The notes beneath the pieces were generated by a model. It saw nothing but the letters and a program-made list of their open reading frames with translations. It had not been told where the DNA came from and did not search any database. A program made the position numbers and the translations under genes. This document shows, piece after piece, positions 1 through 8,790 of a stretch of 32,000 nucleotides of DNA. The stretch is from Pseudomonas aeruginosa (GTDB lineage: Bacteria; Pseudomonadota; Gammaproteobacteria; Pseudomonadales; Pseudomonadaceae), in contig NZ_LN831024.1 of the NCBI RefSeq assembly GCF_001457615.1, forward strand, positions 4,140,001-4,172,000, in the 5' to 3' direction. Positions within the stretch are counted from its first letter, which is position 1; each line of letters starts with the position of its first letter.

Positions 1-260
1 ATGGCTCCGATCACCTGCTCCGAAGCGCGTACCGCGCGGCCCTGCTCCAGCCAGGTGTACCAGGTCACGCCGACCCCGGCGAGCTGCGCCACCTCCTCGC
101 GACGCAGGCCCGGCGTGCGTCGGCGGCCGAGGCGGGAAATGCCGACCCGCTGCGGCTCGATGCTTTCCCGCCGGCGGCGCAGGAAGGCCCCCAGCTGTTC
201 GGCGCGGGACGGCTGCGCGGGGCTTTCCGCAGCGTGGCTGGCAGGGGCGTCGAGGGGCAT
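1..260 (-). CDS. XRE-family HTH transcriptional regulator (MmyB-like), 3' part missing at window edge
   Basis: Reverse complement from ATG at 260 reads MPLDAPASHAAESPAQPSRAEQLGAFLRRRRESIEPQRVGISRLGRRRTPGLRREEVAQLAGVGVTWYTWLEQGRAVRASEQVIGA..., with the characteristic RRTPGLRREEVAxLAGVSxTWYTxLEQGR motif; open to the window edge. Confidence 0.85.
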   Translation of the reverse strand, partial: MPLDAPASHAAESPAQPSRAEQLGAFLRRRRESIEPQRVGISRLGRRRTPGLRREEVAQLAGVGVTWYTWLEQGRAVRASEQVIGA

Positions 261-379
261 GGCGAAGTCCTCCGAAGGGCAGACGGGTAGCGCCAATACC
301 AGGATAAGCAAGAACTGGTACCGGGTTAGCCAGAAGCGCATGCTGCCAGCCCACTCCCTTCCGCACAAGGACTCCGCCC

Positions 380-1822
380 ATGCCCAGCACCGTCTCGTCG
401 TCGCGGCTCGGCCTCGCCGGGCTCTGCATCCTGCTGGCGGGGCAACTGTTGCCGATGATCGATTTCTCCATCGTCAACGTCGCCCTCGACGCCCTCGCCC
501 ATTCCCTCGGCGCCAGCGAAACCGAACTGGAACTGATCGTCGCCGTCTACGGCGTGGCCTTCGCCGTGTGCCTGGCGATGGGCGGCCGGCTTGGCGACAA
601 CTACGGCCGTCGCCGCCTGTTCGATCTCGGCGTCGCCCTGTTCGCCGTCGCCTCGTTGCTTTGCGGGCTGGCCGGTTCGGTCTGGCTGCTGTTGGTGGCG
701 CGCGCCCTGCAGGGCGTCGGCGCGGCGCTGGTCGTGCCGCAGATTCTCGCCACCCTGCATGTCAGCCTCAGCGGCCACGCGCATTCCCGCGCGCTGGCCG
801 CCTACGGCGCCATCGGCGGCCTGGCCTTCGTCGTCGGCCAGGTGCTCGGCGGCTTCCTGGTCTCCGCCGACATCGGCGGCCTCGGCTGGCGCAGCGTGTT
901 CCTGATCAACCTGCCGATCTGCCTCGGCATTCTCCTTTGCAGCCGCCGCTGGGTACCGGAGACCCGCGCCGAGCATGCCGCCCGCGTCGACGCGCCGGGC
1001 ACCCTGCTGCTCGCCGCGCTGATCCTCTGCCTGCTGCTGCCGCTGGCTCTCGGCCCATCGCTGCACTGGTCCTGGCCCTGCGCCCTGCTGCTGGCGGCGG
1101 CGGTGCCGCTGCTGGCCTGGCTGTGGCGCACCGAGCTGCGCCAGGAACGCCGCCAGGCCTGGCCGTTGCTGCCGCCGTCGCTGCTGCGCCTGCCGAGCAT
1201 CCGCTTCGGCCTGTTGCTGGCGATCCTGTTCTTCGCCTGCTGGAGCGGCTTCATGTTCGCCCTTGCCCTGGCCCTGCAGGCCGGCGCCGGTCTCTCGCCG
1301 GTGCAGGCCGGCAATGCCTTCATCGCCCTCGGCGCCTCCTACTTCGTCTCGGCGCTGCTCACCGCCCGGGTGGCGGCGCGGATCGGCCCGGTACGCCTGC
1401 TGCTGCTCGGCTGCGTCATCCAGATGTGCGGCCTGCTCGGCCTGATGCTGACCCTGCAACGGGTCTGGCCGCAGCCGGGCATCCTCAACCTGGCGCCGGC
1501 GACCCTGGTGATCGGCTTCGGCCAGGCGTTCATCGTCAGCAGCTTCTTCCGCATCGGCCTCTCGGAGGTGCCGACCGCCCAGGCCGGCGCCGGCAGCGCC
1601 ATGCTCGCCACCGTCCAGCAGGCCTCCCTCGGCCTCGGCTCGGCGCTGCTCGGCGCGGTGTTCGCGCACAGGCTGGAGCGCCATGGCGACTACCTGGAAG
1701 CGACGCAGACGACCCTGGCCGTCGAGTTCGTCCTGATGACGCTGCTGCTCGGCGCCACCTGCCTCTTCTACCTGCGCCGCGTGCGCACGGTGCCATTGCG
1801 CTGCGACTCGCCGGGCAACTGA
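380..1822 (+). CDS. MFS transporter, DHA2 (EmrB/QacA-like) drug exporter family
   Basis: 480-aa ORF with many hydrophobic helices and MFS motifs (DFSIVNVALDALA, GGRLGDNYGRRRLF, ARALQGVGAALVVP, GPVLGG-like GQVLGGFL). Confidence 0.9.
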   Translation: MPSTVSSSRLGLAGLCILLAGQLLPMIDFSIVNVALDALAHSLGASETELELIVAVYGVAFAVCLAMGGRLGDNYGRRRLFDLGVALFAVASLLCGLAGSVWLLLVARALQGVGAALVVPQILATLHVSLSGHAHSRALAAYGAIGGLAFVVGQVLGGFLVSADIGGLGWRSVFLINLPICLGILLCSRRWVPETRAEHAARVDAPGTLLLAALILCLLLPLALGPSLHWSWPCALLLAAAVPLLAWLWRTELRQERRQAWPLLPPSLLRLPSIRFGLLLAILFFACWSGFMFALALALQAGAGLSPVQAGNAFIALGASYFVSALLTARVAARIGPVRLLLLGCVIQMCGLLGLMLTLQRVWPQPGILNLAPATLVIGFGQAFIVSSFFRIGLSEVPTAQAGAGSAMLATVQQASLGLGSALLGAVFAHRLERHGDYLEATQTTLAVEFVLMTLLLGATCLFYLRRVRTVPLRCDSPGN

Positions 1823-1827
1823 GGCGC

Positions 1828-1852
1828 GCGGCCGGGCCCTGTTCCCGGCCGC
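1828..1852. terminator. Strong GC hairpin after the MFS gene (possible terminator)
   Basis: GCGGCCGGG-ccctgtt-CCCGGCCGC, perfect 9-bp stem 5 bp after the stop codon; no T tract follows. Confidence 0.4.
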
Positions 1853-1863
1853 CGGCGCCCCGT

Positions 1864-2661
1864 ATGCTGGCGCGGTCCCCCAGCCAGGCCTTCGCCCCGA
1901 TGCACGACCTGCTCGCCGCCCCGCCCCCCGCCGACCTCGCCAGCCTGCTGGCCAGCCTGCGCCAGGTCGAGGCGCTGCTCGACGCCATGCCCGGCGTGGT
2001 GTTCTTCGTCAAGGACGAGCGCGCCCGCTACGTCCTGGTCAACCGCACCCTGGCACGCCGCTGCGGCGTGAAGGACAAGGCCGAACTGCTCGGCCGCAGC
2101 GCCGACGAGGTCTTCCCTTCCAGCCTCGGTCCGCTCTATGCCGAGCAGGATCGGCGCGTGCTGCGCGGCGGCGCGACGCTGGAGAACCAGTTGGAGCTGC
2201 ACCTCTATCCCGGTCGCCAGCCGGGCTGGTGCCTGACCCACAAGCAGGCGCTGCGCGATGCCGACGGGGCGATCATCGGCATGGCCGGCATCTCCCACGA
2301 CCTGCCGGCGGCGCAGTCGGCGCACCCGGCCTACGGCCGGCTGGCGGCGGTGGATGCGCATATCCGCGAGCACTACGACCAGCCGCTCAGCCTCGCCGAT
2401 CTCACTGCCATCGCCGGGCTCTCGGTGGCGCAACTGGAGCGTCACTGCAAGCGCATCTTCCAGCTCACCCCACGGCAGATGATCCACAAGGCGCGGCTCG
2501 GCGCCGCCTCGCAACTGCTCGCCGGCGACGCGCCGATCACCGAGATCGCCCTGCGCTGCGGCTACACCGACCACAGCGCCTTCAGCCGCCAGTTCAAGGC
2601 GCTCACCGGACTCTCGCCGAGCCAGTACCGCGAGACCCATCGCCAGCCCCGAAAAGCGTAA
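1864..2661 (+). CDS. lhpR: AraC-family transcriptional regulator with N-terminal PAS domain (LhpR-like hydroxyproline regulator); alternative start at 1900
   Basis: PAS-like segment (LLDAMPGVVFFVKDERARYVLVNRTLARRCG) plus C-terminal AraC HTH (LADLTAIAGLSVAQLERHCKRIFQLTPRQMIHKARL...ITEIALRCGYTDHSAFSRQFKALTGLSPSQYR); adjacency to hydroxyproline genes. Symbol by recognition of the PAO1 locus. Confidence 0.8.
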   Translation: MLARSPSQAFAPMHDLLAAPPPADLASLLASLRQVEALLDAMPGVVFFVKDERARYVLVNRTLARRCGVKDKAELLGRSADEVFPSSLGPLYAEQDRRVLRGGATLENQLELHLYPGRQPGWCLTHKQALRDADGAIIGMAGISHDLPAAQSAHPAYGRLAAVDAHIREHYDQPLSLADLTAIAGLSVAQLERHCKRIFQLTPRQMIHKARLGAASQLLAGDAPITEIALRCGYTDHSAFSRQFKALTGLSPSQYRETHRQPRKA

Positions 2662-2852
2662 CGCCTCGCCCCGCCACGGGGCGGCGGTAGCAATCCTGCT
2701 CCCTTTTGTAACACCGCCGGCCGCGCCCGAGCGGGGCGCAGTCCGGCGCGGCATGGCACAGCGACGCGCCAGCCAAAGCGGTCGCGCTCCAGCGAAAGGT
2801 TTTTTATCGGCGTCGGACGAGGTTCTGGCACAGCCATTGCTCACTTAAAATA

Positions 2853-2862
2853 TCGTATACGA
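2853..2862. promoter_or_regulatory. Perfect palindrome TCGTATACGA upstream of the ABC transporter operon
   Basis: tatcgtatacgaaatcacaaatacg, about 57 bp before the substrate-binding protein ATG; same core recurs at 8759-8770. Confidence 0.45.
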
Positions 2863-2918
2863 AATCACAAATACGGGATTTGCCGCCCTCCCACTCAACC
2901 GCATCGCCAGAGGCCCCC

Positions 2919-3740
2919 ATGAATACCAAGAAGACCCTTGCCCTAGCCCTCACCGCTGCCCTGGGCTGTTCCCTCGCCGGTCTCGCCCAGGCCGACAAGC
3001 TCGACGACATCATCGAGTCCGGCAAGCTGCGCTGCGCCGTCACCCTGGACTTTCCGCCGATGGGCTCGCGCGATGCGCAGAACAACCCGGTGGGCTTCGA
3101 CGTCGATTACTGCAACGACCTGGCGAAGGCCCTGGACGTCAAGGCGGAGATCGTCGAGACGCCCTTTCCCGACCGCATCCCGGCGCTGGTATCGGGTCGC
3201 GCCGACGTGATCGTCGCGTCCACCTCGGACACCCTGGAGCGGGCCAAGACCATCGGCATGAGCATCCCCTACTTCGCCTTCGTCAAGGTGGTACTGACCC
3301 GCGAGGACACCGGCATCGCCAGCTACGAGGACCTCAAGGGCCGCCCGGTCGGCGGCACCGCCGGCACCTTCGAGGCGCTGGCCCTGGAGAAGGACAGCAA
3401 GGCCTGGGGCGACGCCAAGGGCAGCTTCCGCGCCTACCAGTCCGAGGCCGACACCGCCCTGGCGATCAGCCAGGGGCATATCGACGCCACGGTCGTCTCT
3501 TCCACCGTCGCCGCCTCGTGGATCAAGTCGGGCAAGTACAAGGGCCTGAAGATCGCCGGCGACGCGCCCTATGACATCGACTACGTGGCCCTCGGCGCCA
3601 AGCGCAACGAATACGGCCTGCTCAACTACCTGAACCTGTTCATCAACCAGCAGGTGCGCACCGGCCGCTACGCCGAGCTGGCGCAGAAATGGGTCGGCGG
3701 CACGGCGCCGGAGCTGACCACCAGCGCGGTCTACCGCTGA
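2919..3740 (+). CDS. Amino-acid ABC transporter periplasmic substrate-binding protein
   Basis: Signal peptide (MNTKKTLALALTAALGCSLAGLAQA) and SBP_bac_3 sequence (GKLRCAVTLDFPPMGSRD..., GFDVDYCNDLAKAL). Confidence 0.92.
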   Translation: MNTKKTLALALTAALGCSLAGLAQADKLDDIIESGKLRCAVTLDFPPMGSRDAQNNPVGFDVDYCNDLAKALDVKAEIVETPFPDRIPALVSGRADVIVASTSDTLERAKTIGMSIPYFAFVKVVLTREDTGIASYEDLKGRPVGGTAGTFEALALEKDSKAWGDAKGSFRAYQSEADTALAISQGHIDATVVSSTVAASWIKSGKYKGLKIAGDAPYDIDYVALGAKRNEYGLLNYLNLFINQQVRTGRYAELAQKWVGGTAPELTTSAVYR

Positions 3741-3798
3741 AGCCGAGGGCGCGGTCCGCCGCCGGGCCGCGCCGTTTCCCCCCGTCCTGGATGCGCCG

Positions 3799-5541
3799 AT
3801 GAAGCACGCACACCTCATCGTTCCCCGTACCCTGGTCGCCGGCAGCGCGTCCGGCGAACTGCTGTACGCACCGACCGGCCTGAGCTTCTGGGGCGGCGTC
3901 GACCCGCGCAGCGCGGAAGTGATCGACCGTCACCACCCGCTCAGCGGCCGCCATCTGCACGGCAGGCTGCTGGCGATTCCCGGTGGGCGCGGCTCCTGCA
4001 CCGGCAGCAGCGTACTGCTGGAACTGATCCTCGGCGGACGTGCGCCGGCGGCGATCCTCCTGCGCGAACCGGACGAAATCCTCGCCCTCGGCGCGATAGT
4101 CGCCGAGGAACTGTTCGGCCGCTCGCTACCCATCGCCTGTCTCGGCGAGCGCTTCGACGAACTCGCCGCCTATCCCTGGGCGCGCCTGGCCGACGGTCGC
4201 CTGGAACTCCACCGCGATGCCCCGCCGCCGCTGGAGGCCCGGCCCGCCGAAGCGCTGGCGACCGATGCCGGCCCGCGACTGGACGCCTTCGACCAGGCCC
4301 TGCTCGCCGGCGAACACGGCGAAGCCGCGCGCCTGGCGATGCGCATCGTCCTGCGCATGGCGGCGTTGCAGGGCGCGCAACGGCTGATCGACATCCAGCG
4401 CGCGCACATCGACGCTTGCATCTACACCGGCCCGGCCGGCCTGCGTTTCGCCGAGACCCTGCGCGACCTCGGTGCCCGGGTGCAGGTACCGACCACCCTC
4501 AACGCCATCTCCGTGGACCAGCGCCGTTGGCGCGAACAGGGCGTACCCGCCGCCCTCGGCGAGCCAGCCGCGGCCCTGGCCCGGGCCTATCTCGACATGG
4601 GCGCGCAGCCCAGCTTCACCTGCGCGCCCTACCTGCTCGACGACAGCGCGCGGGCCGGCGAACAGATCGTCTGGGCCGAGTCCAACGCGGTGCTCTTCGC
4701 CAACAGCGTGCTCGGCGCACGCACCAACAAGTACGCCGACTTCATGGATATCTGCTGCGCCCTCACCGGTCGCGCGCCGCTGGCCGGCTGCCACCTCGAC
4801 GAGCAGCGCCAGGCGCGGGTACTGATCGAAGTGGAAGACCTCGGCAGCGTCGACGATGCCTTCTACCCGACCCTCGGCTACCTCTGCGGCCTGCTCTGCG
4901 ACGGACAGATCCCGGCGATCGACGGCCTGCGGCAGCGGCAGCCGGACCACGACGCGCTCAAGGCCTTCGGCGCGGCGCTGGGCACCAGTTCCTCGGTGCC
5001 GATGTTCCACGTCATCGGCGTCACCCCGGAAGCCCCTGACCTGGCCAGCGCCTTCGGCGGCCGCGCGCCGCGGCGGACCCTGCGGGTCGGACGCGAGCGC
5101 CTGCGCGACGCCTGGCGCGAGCTGGACAGCGCCGGCGAGACGCGGATCGACCTGGTGGCGCTGGGCAACCCGCACTTCTCCGCCAGCGAATTCGCCCAGC
5201 TCGCCGCGCTCTGCCACGGCCGCCGCAGACACCCGGAGGTAGCGCTGGTGATCACCAGCAGCCGGCAGGTCGTCGCCCAGGCCGAAGCGGCCGGGCACCT
5301 GGCGACGCTGCAGGCGTTCGGCGCGCGGCTGGTCACCGACACCTGCTGGTGCATGCTCGACGAACCGCTGGTGCCGCCGGGCGCGCGCACCCTGATGACC
5401 AACTCCGCCAAGTATGCCCACTACGCCCCCGGACTGGTCGGCCGCCAGGTGCGCTTCGCCGGCCTCGCCGGCTGCGTCGAGGCCGCCGTCGGCGGGCGGG
5501 CCCCCGCCGGGCTGCCCGCCTGGTTGAGCGAGGACTGCTGA
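3799..5541 (+). CDS. Fused aconitase X protein (small swivel DUF126 + large DUF521); probable cis-3-hydroxy-L-proline dehydratase
   Basis: 580 aa; N-terminal GGRGSCTGSSVLLELILGGRAPAAILL typical of AcnX small domain; C-terminal MTNSAKYAHYAPGLVGRQVRFAGLAGCVEAAV typical of AcnX large domain; located in the hydroxyproline cluster. Confidence 0.8.
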   Translation: MKHAHLIVPRTLVAGSASGELLYAPTGLSFWGGVDPRSAEVIDRHHPLSGRHLHGRLLAIPGGRGSCTGSSVLLELILGGRAPAAILLREPDEILALGAIVAEELFGRSLPIACLGERFDELAAYPWARLADGRLELHRDAPPPLEARPAEALATDAGPRLDAFDQALLAGEHGEAARLAMRIVLRMAALQGAQRLIDIQRAHIDACIYTGPAGLRFAETLRDLGARVQVPTTLNAISVDQRRWREQGVPAALGEPAAALARAYLDMGAQPSFTCAPYLLDDSARAGEQIVWAESNAVLFANSVLGARTNKYADFMDICCALTGRAPLAGCHLDEQRQARVLIEVEDLGSVDDAFYPTLGYLCGLLCDGQIPAIDGLRQRQPDHDALKAFGAALGTSSSVPMFHVIGVTPEAPDLASAFGGRAPRRTLRVGRERLRDAWRELDSAGETRIDLVALGNPHFSASEFAQLAALCHGRRRHPEVALVITSSRQVVAQAEAAGHLATLQAFGARLVTDTCWCMLDEPLVPPGARTLMTNSAKYAHYAPGLVGRQVRFAGLAGCVEAAVGGRAPAGLPAWLSEDC

Positions 5542-6206
5542 TGTTCGACTACACCTTCCACTGGCGCTCGGCGTTCAACGCCCTGCCGGAGATGCTCGCC
5601 GGCAGCCTGGTGACGCTCCAGGTCACCGCGCTGTCGATGCTCTTCGGCATCCTCATCGCCCTGCTCCTGGCCTTCGCCCGGCTCGGCGGCAACCGCCCGC
5701 TGCGCGCCGCCGCCGGAGCCTGGATCTCCATCGCGCGGAATACCCCGGCGCTGTTCCAGATCTACATCCTCTACTTCGGCCTGGGCTCCTTCGGCCTGCA
5801 CGTCAGTTCCTGGTTCGCCCTGCTCGCCGGGGTCACCTTCAACAACGCCGGCTACCTCGCCGAGACCTTCCGCGGCGGCCTCCAGGCGGTGCCCGAGACC
5901 CAGTTGCGGGCGGCCCGCTCGCTGGGCATGAGCGCGCCGCAGGCCTATCGCCTGGTGGTGATCCCGCAGCTGCTGCGGGTGGTGTTCTACCCGCTGACCA
6001 ACCAGTTGGTCTGGGCCATGCTGATGACCTCCCTCGGCGTGGTGGTGGGCCTGACCGACGACCTCACCGGCGTCACCCAGGCACTCAACGTCAAGACCTT
6101 CCGCACCTTCGAATACTTCGCCCTGGCCGCCGTCCTCTACTTCGCCATGGCCAAGCTGCTGGTGCTGGCCGCCCGCCTGCTGGGCTGGCGCCTGTTCCGT
6201 TACTGA
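5541..6206 (+). CDS. Amino-acid ABC transporter permease
   Basis: His/Glu/Gln/Arg/opine-type permease; ATG overlaps the upstream TGA by 1 nt; motif RAARSLGMSAPQAYRLVVIPQLLR. Confidence 0.92.
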   Translation: MFDYTFHWRSAFNALPEMLAGSLVTLQVTALSMLFGILIALLLAFARLGGNRPLRAAAGAWISIARNTPALFQIYILYFGLGSFGLHVSSWFALLAGVTFNNAGYLAETFRGGLQAVPETQLRAARSLGMSAPQAYRLVVIPQLLRVVFYPLTNQLVWAMLMTSLGVVVGLTDDLTGVTQALNVKTFRTFEYFALAAVLYFAMAKLLVLAARLLGWRLFRY

Positions 6207-6216
6207 GGGGAATGCC

Positions 6217-6861
6217 GTGTTCACCACCAGCCTCACCGCCAACGACCTGCTGTTCCTCCTGCAAGGCGCCTGGACCACCCTCGCCATCACCGCCATGGCG
6301 ATGCTGATCGGCACCCTGCTGGGTGTCGTCTTCGGCCTGCTCCGCGCCCTGCTGCCAAGCGCCAGCCTGCCGCTGGCGGCGCTGCTCGACGTATTCCGCA
6401 GCGTGCCGCTGCTGATCCAGTTCGTCCTGCTCAATTCCTTCAAGAGCATCCTCGGCCTCGACTGGAGCGCCTTCGCCGTGGCCTGCCTGGTGCTCGGCGT
6501 GTACGCCGCCGCCTACTGCACCGAGGTGGTCCGCGGCGGCGTCCTCTCGGTACCGCCGAGCGTGCGCCGGGCGGCGCGTTCGCTGGGCCTGAGCTATCGC
6601 CAGGACCTGTTCCACATCGTCCTGCCGATGGCCGCCCGGGTGGCCTTCCCCGGTTGGGTCAACCTGACCCTGTCGGTGATGAAGGACACCTCGCTGGTGC
6701 TCTGGATCGGCATCGTCGAACTGCTGCGCGCCTCGCAGACCATCGTCACGCGCATCCAGGAACCGCTCTTCGTGCTCTGCATCGCGGGGCTCGTCTATTA
6801 CTTCATGAGCTGGGTGGTCGCGCGACTCGGCGCCCGGCTGGAACGGAGATGGCAGCAATGA
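6217..6861 (+). CDS. Amino-acid ABC transporter permease (GTG start)
   Basis: RAARSLGLSYRQDLFHIVLPMAAR permease motif; spaced 10 bp after the preceding permease. Confidence 0.9.
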   Translation: MFTTSLTANDLLFLLQGAWTTLAITAMAMLIGTLLGVVFGLLRALLPSASLPLAALLDVFRSVPLLIQFVLLNSFKSILGLDWSAFAVACLVLGVYAAAYCTEVVRGGVLSVPPSVRRAARSLGLSYRQDLFHIVLPMAARVAFPGWVNLTLSVMKDTSLVLWIGIVELLRASQTIVTRIQEPLFVLCIAGLVYYFMSWVVARLGARLERRWQQ

Positions 6862-7580
6862 TCGAGATCAGCGGCGTGCACAAGGCCTACGGCCAGTTCG
6901 AGGTGGTCAAGGGTGTAGACCTGAGGGTGGACAAGGGCGAGGTGCTGTCGATCATCGGCGGCTCCGGTTCCGGCAAGTCGACCCTGCTGATGTGCATCAA
7001 CGGCCTGGAGCCGATCCAGCGCGGCAGCATCCGCGTCGACGGCATCGACGTGCATGCCCGCGGTACCGACCTCAACCGCCTGCGGCGGAAGATCGGCATC
7101 GTCTTCCAGCAGTGGAACGCCTTCCCCCACCTGACCGTGCTGGAAAACGTCATGCTCGCGCCGCGCAAGGTGCTCGGCAAGAGCCGCGCCGAAGCCGAGG
7201 CGATGGCGCTGAAGCAACTCACCCACGTCGGTCTCGGCGACAAGCTCAAGGTCTTCCCCCAGCGCCTTTCCGGCGGCCAGCAACAGCGCATGGCGATCGC
7301 CCGGGCGCTGGCGATGTCGCCGGACTACATGCTGTTCGACGAAGCCACCTCGGCGCTCGACCCGCAGTTGGTCGGCGAGGTGCTGGACACCATGCGCCTG
7401 CTCGCCGAGGAAGGCATGACCATGGTCCTGGTCACCCACGAGATCCGCTTCGCCCGCGACGTGTCCGACCGGGTGGCGTTCTTCCGCAATGGCCTGGTCC
7501 ACGAGATCGGCACCCCCGACCAGGTGATCGGCAACCCGCAGCGGCCGGAGACGGTGGAATTCCTCCGCTCGGTGCTCTGA
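6858..7580 (+). CDS. Amino-acid ABC transporter ATP-binding protein
   Basis: Walker [10 protein letters not shown], signature [16 protein letters not shown], Walker [13 protein letters not shown]; ATGA overlap with upstream permease stop (alternative in-frame ATG at 6849). Confidence 0.93.
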   Translation: MIEISGVHKAYGQFEVVKGVDLRVDKGEVLSIIGGSGSGKSTLLMCINGLEPIQRGSIRVDGIDVHARGTDLNRLRRKIGIVFQQWNAFPHLTVLENVMLAPRKVLGKSRAEAEAMALKQLTHVGLGDKLKVFPQRLSGGQQQRMAIARALAMSPDYMLFDEATSALDPQLVGEVLDTMRLLAEEGMTMVLVTHEIRFARDVSDRVAFFRNGLVHEIGTPDQVIGNPQRPETVEFLRSVL

Positions 7581-7605
7581 GCCCGCCCCCGCACAGGAGA
7601 TAGCC

Positions 7606-8640
7606 ATGCGTTCGCAGCGGATCGTCCACATCGTCAGTTGCCATGCCGAAGGCGAGGTCGGCGACGTGATCGTCGGCGGCGTCGCCGCACCGCCCGGCGC
7701 CACCCTCTGGGAACAGTCGCGCTGGATCGCCAGAGACCAGGACCTGCGCAACTTCGTCCTCAACGAACCGCGCGGCGGAGTGTTCCGCCACGCCAATCTG
7801 CTGGTGCCGGCCAAGGACCCGCGCGCGCAGATGGGCTGGATCATCATGGAGCCGGCCGACACCCCGCCGATGTCCGGTTCCAATTCGCTGTGCGTGGCCA
7901 CCGTACTGCTCGACAGCGGCATCCTGCCGATGCGCGAACCGCTGACCCGGCTGCTGCTGGAAGCGCCGGGCGGGCTGATCGAGGCCCGCGCGGAATGCCG
8001 CGACGGCAAGGCCGAGCGGGTGGAAATCCGCAACGTGCCGTCGTTCGCCGACCGCCTCGACGCCTGGATCGAAGTCGAGGGCCTCGGCTCGCTACAGGTC
8101 GACACCGCCTACGGCGGCGACAGCTTCGTCATCGCCGACGCCCGGCGCCTGGGCTTCGCCCTGCGCGCCGACGAGGCCGCCGAGCTGGTCGCCACCGGCT
8201 TGAAGATCACCCACGCGGCCAACGAACAACTGGGCTTCCGCCACCCGACCAACCCGGACTGGGACCATCTGTCCTTCTGCCAGCTGGCCGCGCCGCCGGA
8301 GCGCCGCGACGGTGTCCTCGGCGCGAGCAACGCGGTGGTCATCCGCCCCGGCAAGATCGACCGCTCGCCCTGCGGCACCGGCTGCTCGGCGCGGATGGCG
8401 GTGCTCCAGGCGAAAGGCCAGCTGCGGGTCGGCGAACGCTTCGTCGGGCGCTCCATCATCGGTTCGGAATTCCACTGCCACATCGAGTCGCTGACCGAAC
8501 TCGGCGGCCGTCCGGCGATCCTCCCGTGCCTGTCCGGGCGGGCCTGGATCACCGGCATCCACCAGTACCTGCTCGACCCGGACGATCCCTGGCCGCAAGG
8601 CTATCGGCTGTCCGACACCTGGCCCGGCGGCCACTGCTGA
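7606..8640 (+). CDS. Proline racemase superfamily enzyme, Ser/Cys type (trans-3-hydroxy-L-proline dehydratase / 4-hydroxyproline epimerase-like)
   Basis: 344 aa; proline-racemase fold motifs [18 protein letters not shown] (Ser90 in the first catalytic position), [16 protein letters not shown] (second catalytic Cys). Confidence 0.88.
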   Translation: MRSQRIVHIVSCHAEGEVGDVIVGGVAAPPGATLWEQSRWIARDQDLRNFVLNEPRGGVFRHANLLVPAKDPRAQMGWIIMEPADTPPMSGSNSLCVATVLLDSGILPMREPLTRLLLEAPGGLIEARAECRDGKAERVEIRNVPSFADRLDAWIEVEGLGSLQVDTAYGGDSFVIADARRLGFALRADEAAELVATGLKITHAANEQLGFRHPTNPDWDHLSFCQLAAPPERRDGVLGASNAVVIRPGKIDRSPCGTGCSARMAVLQAKGQLRVGERFVGRSIIGSEFHCHIESLTELGGRPAILPCLSGRAWITGIHQYLLDPDDPWPQGYRLSDTWPGGHC

Positions 8641-8734
8641 CCACCCCGCCCGACCGCAGGCAGCGGCCGGGCGGAAACCGATCCGGCGCGTACCGGATCG
8701 CCCACGACGGCGAACGCTGCCGTCGCCCTGTGAC

Positions 8735-8753
8735 TCGGACCGCAGCGGTCCGA
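8735..8753. terminator. 7-bp stem hairpin between racemase-like gene and the DapA-family gene
   Basis: TCGGACC-gcagc-GGTCCGA perfect inverted repeat followed by ttgaatt. Confidence 0.4.
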
Positions 8754-8758
8754 TTGAA

Positions 8759-8770
8759 TTCGTATACGAA
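8759..8770. promoter_or_regulatory. Perfect palindrome TTCGTATACGAA upstream of DapA-family gene
   Basis: 12-bp perfect palindrome sharing TCGTATACGAAAT with 2853-2865; ends 20 bp before the ATG at 8791. Confidence 0.45.
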
Positions 8771-8790
8771 ATACGAAAAAAGGAGAAACC

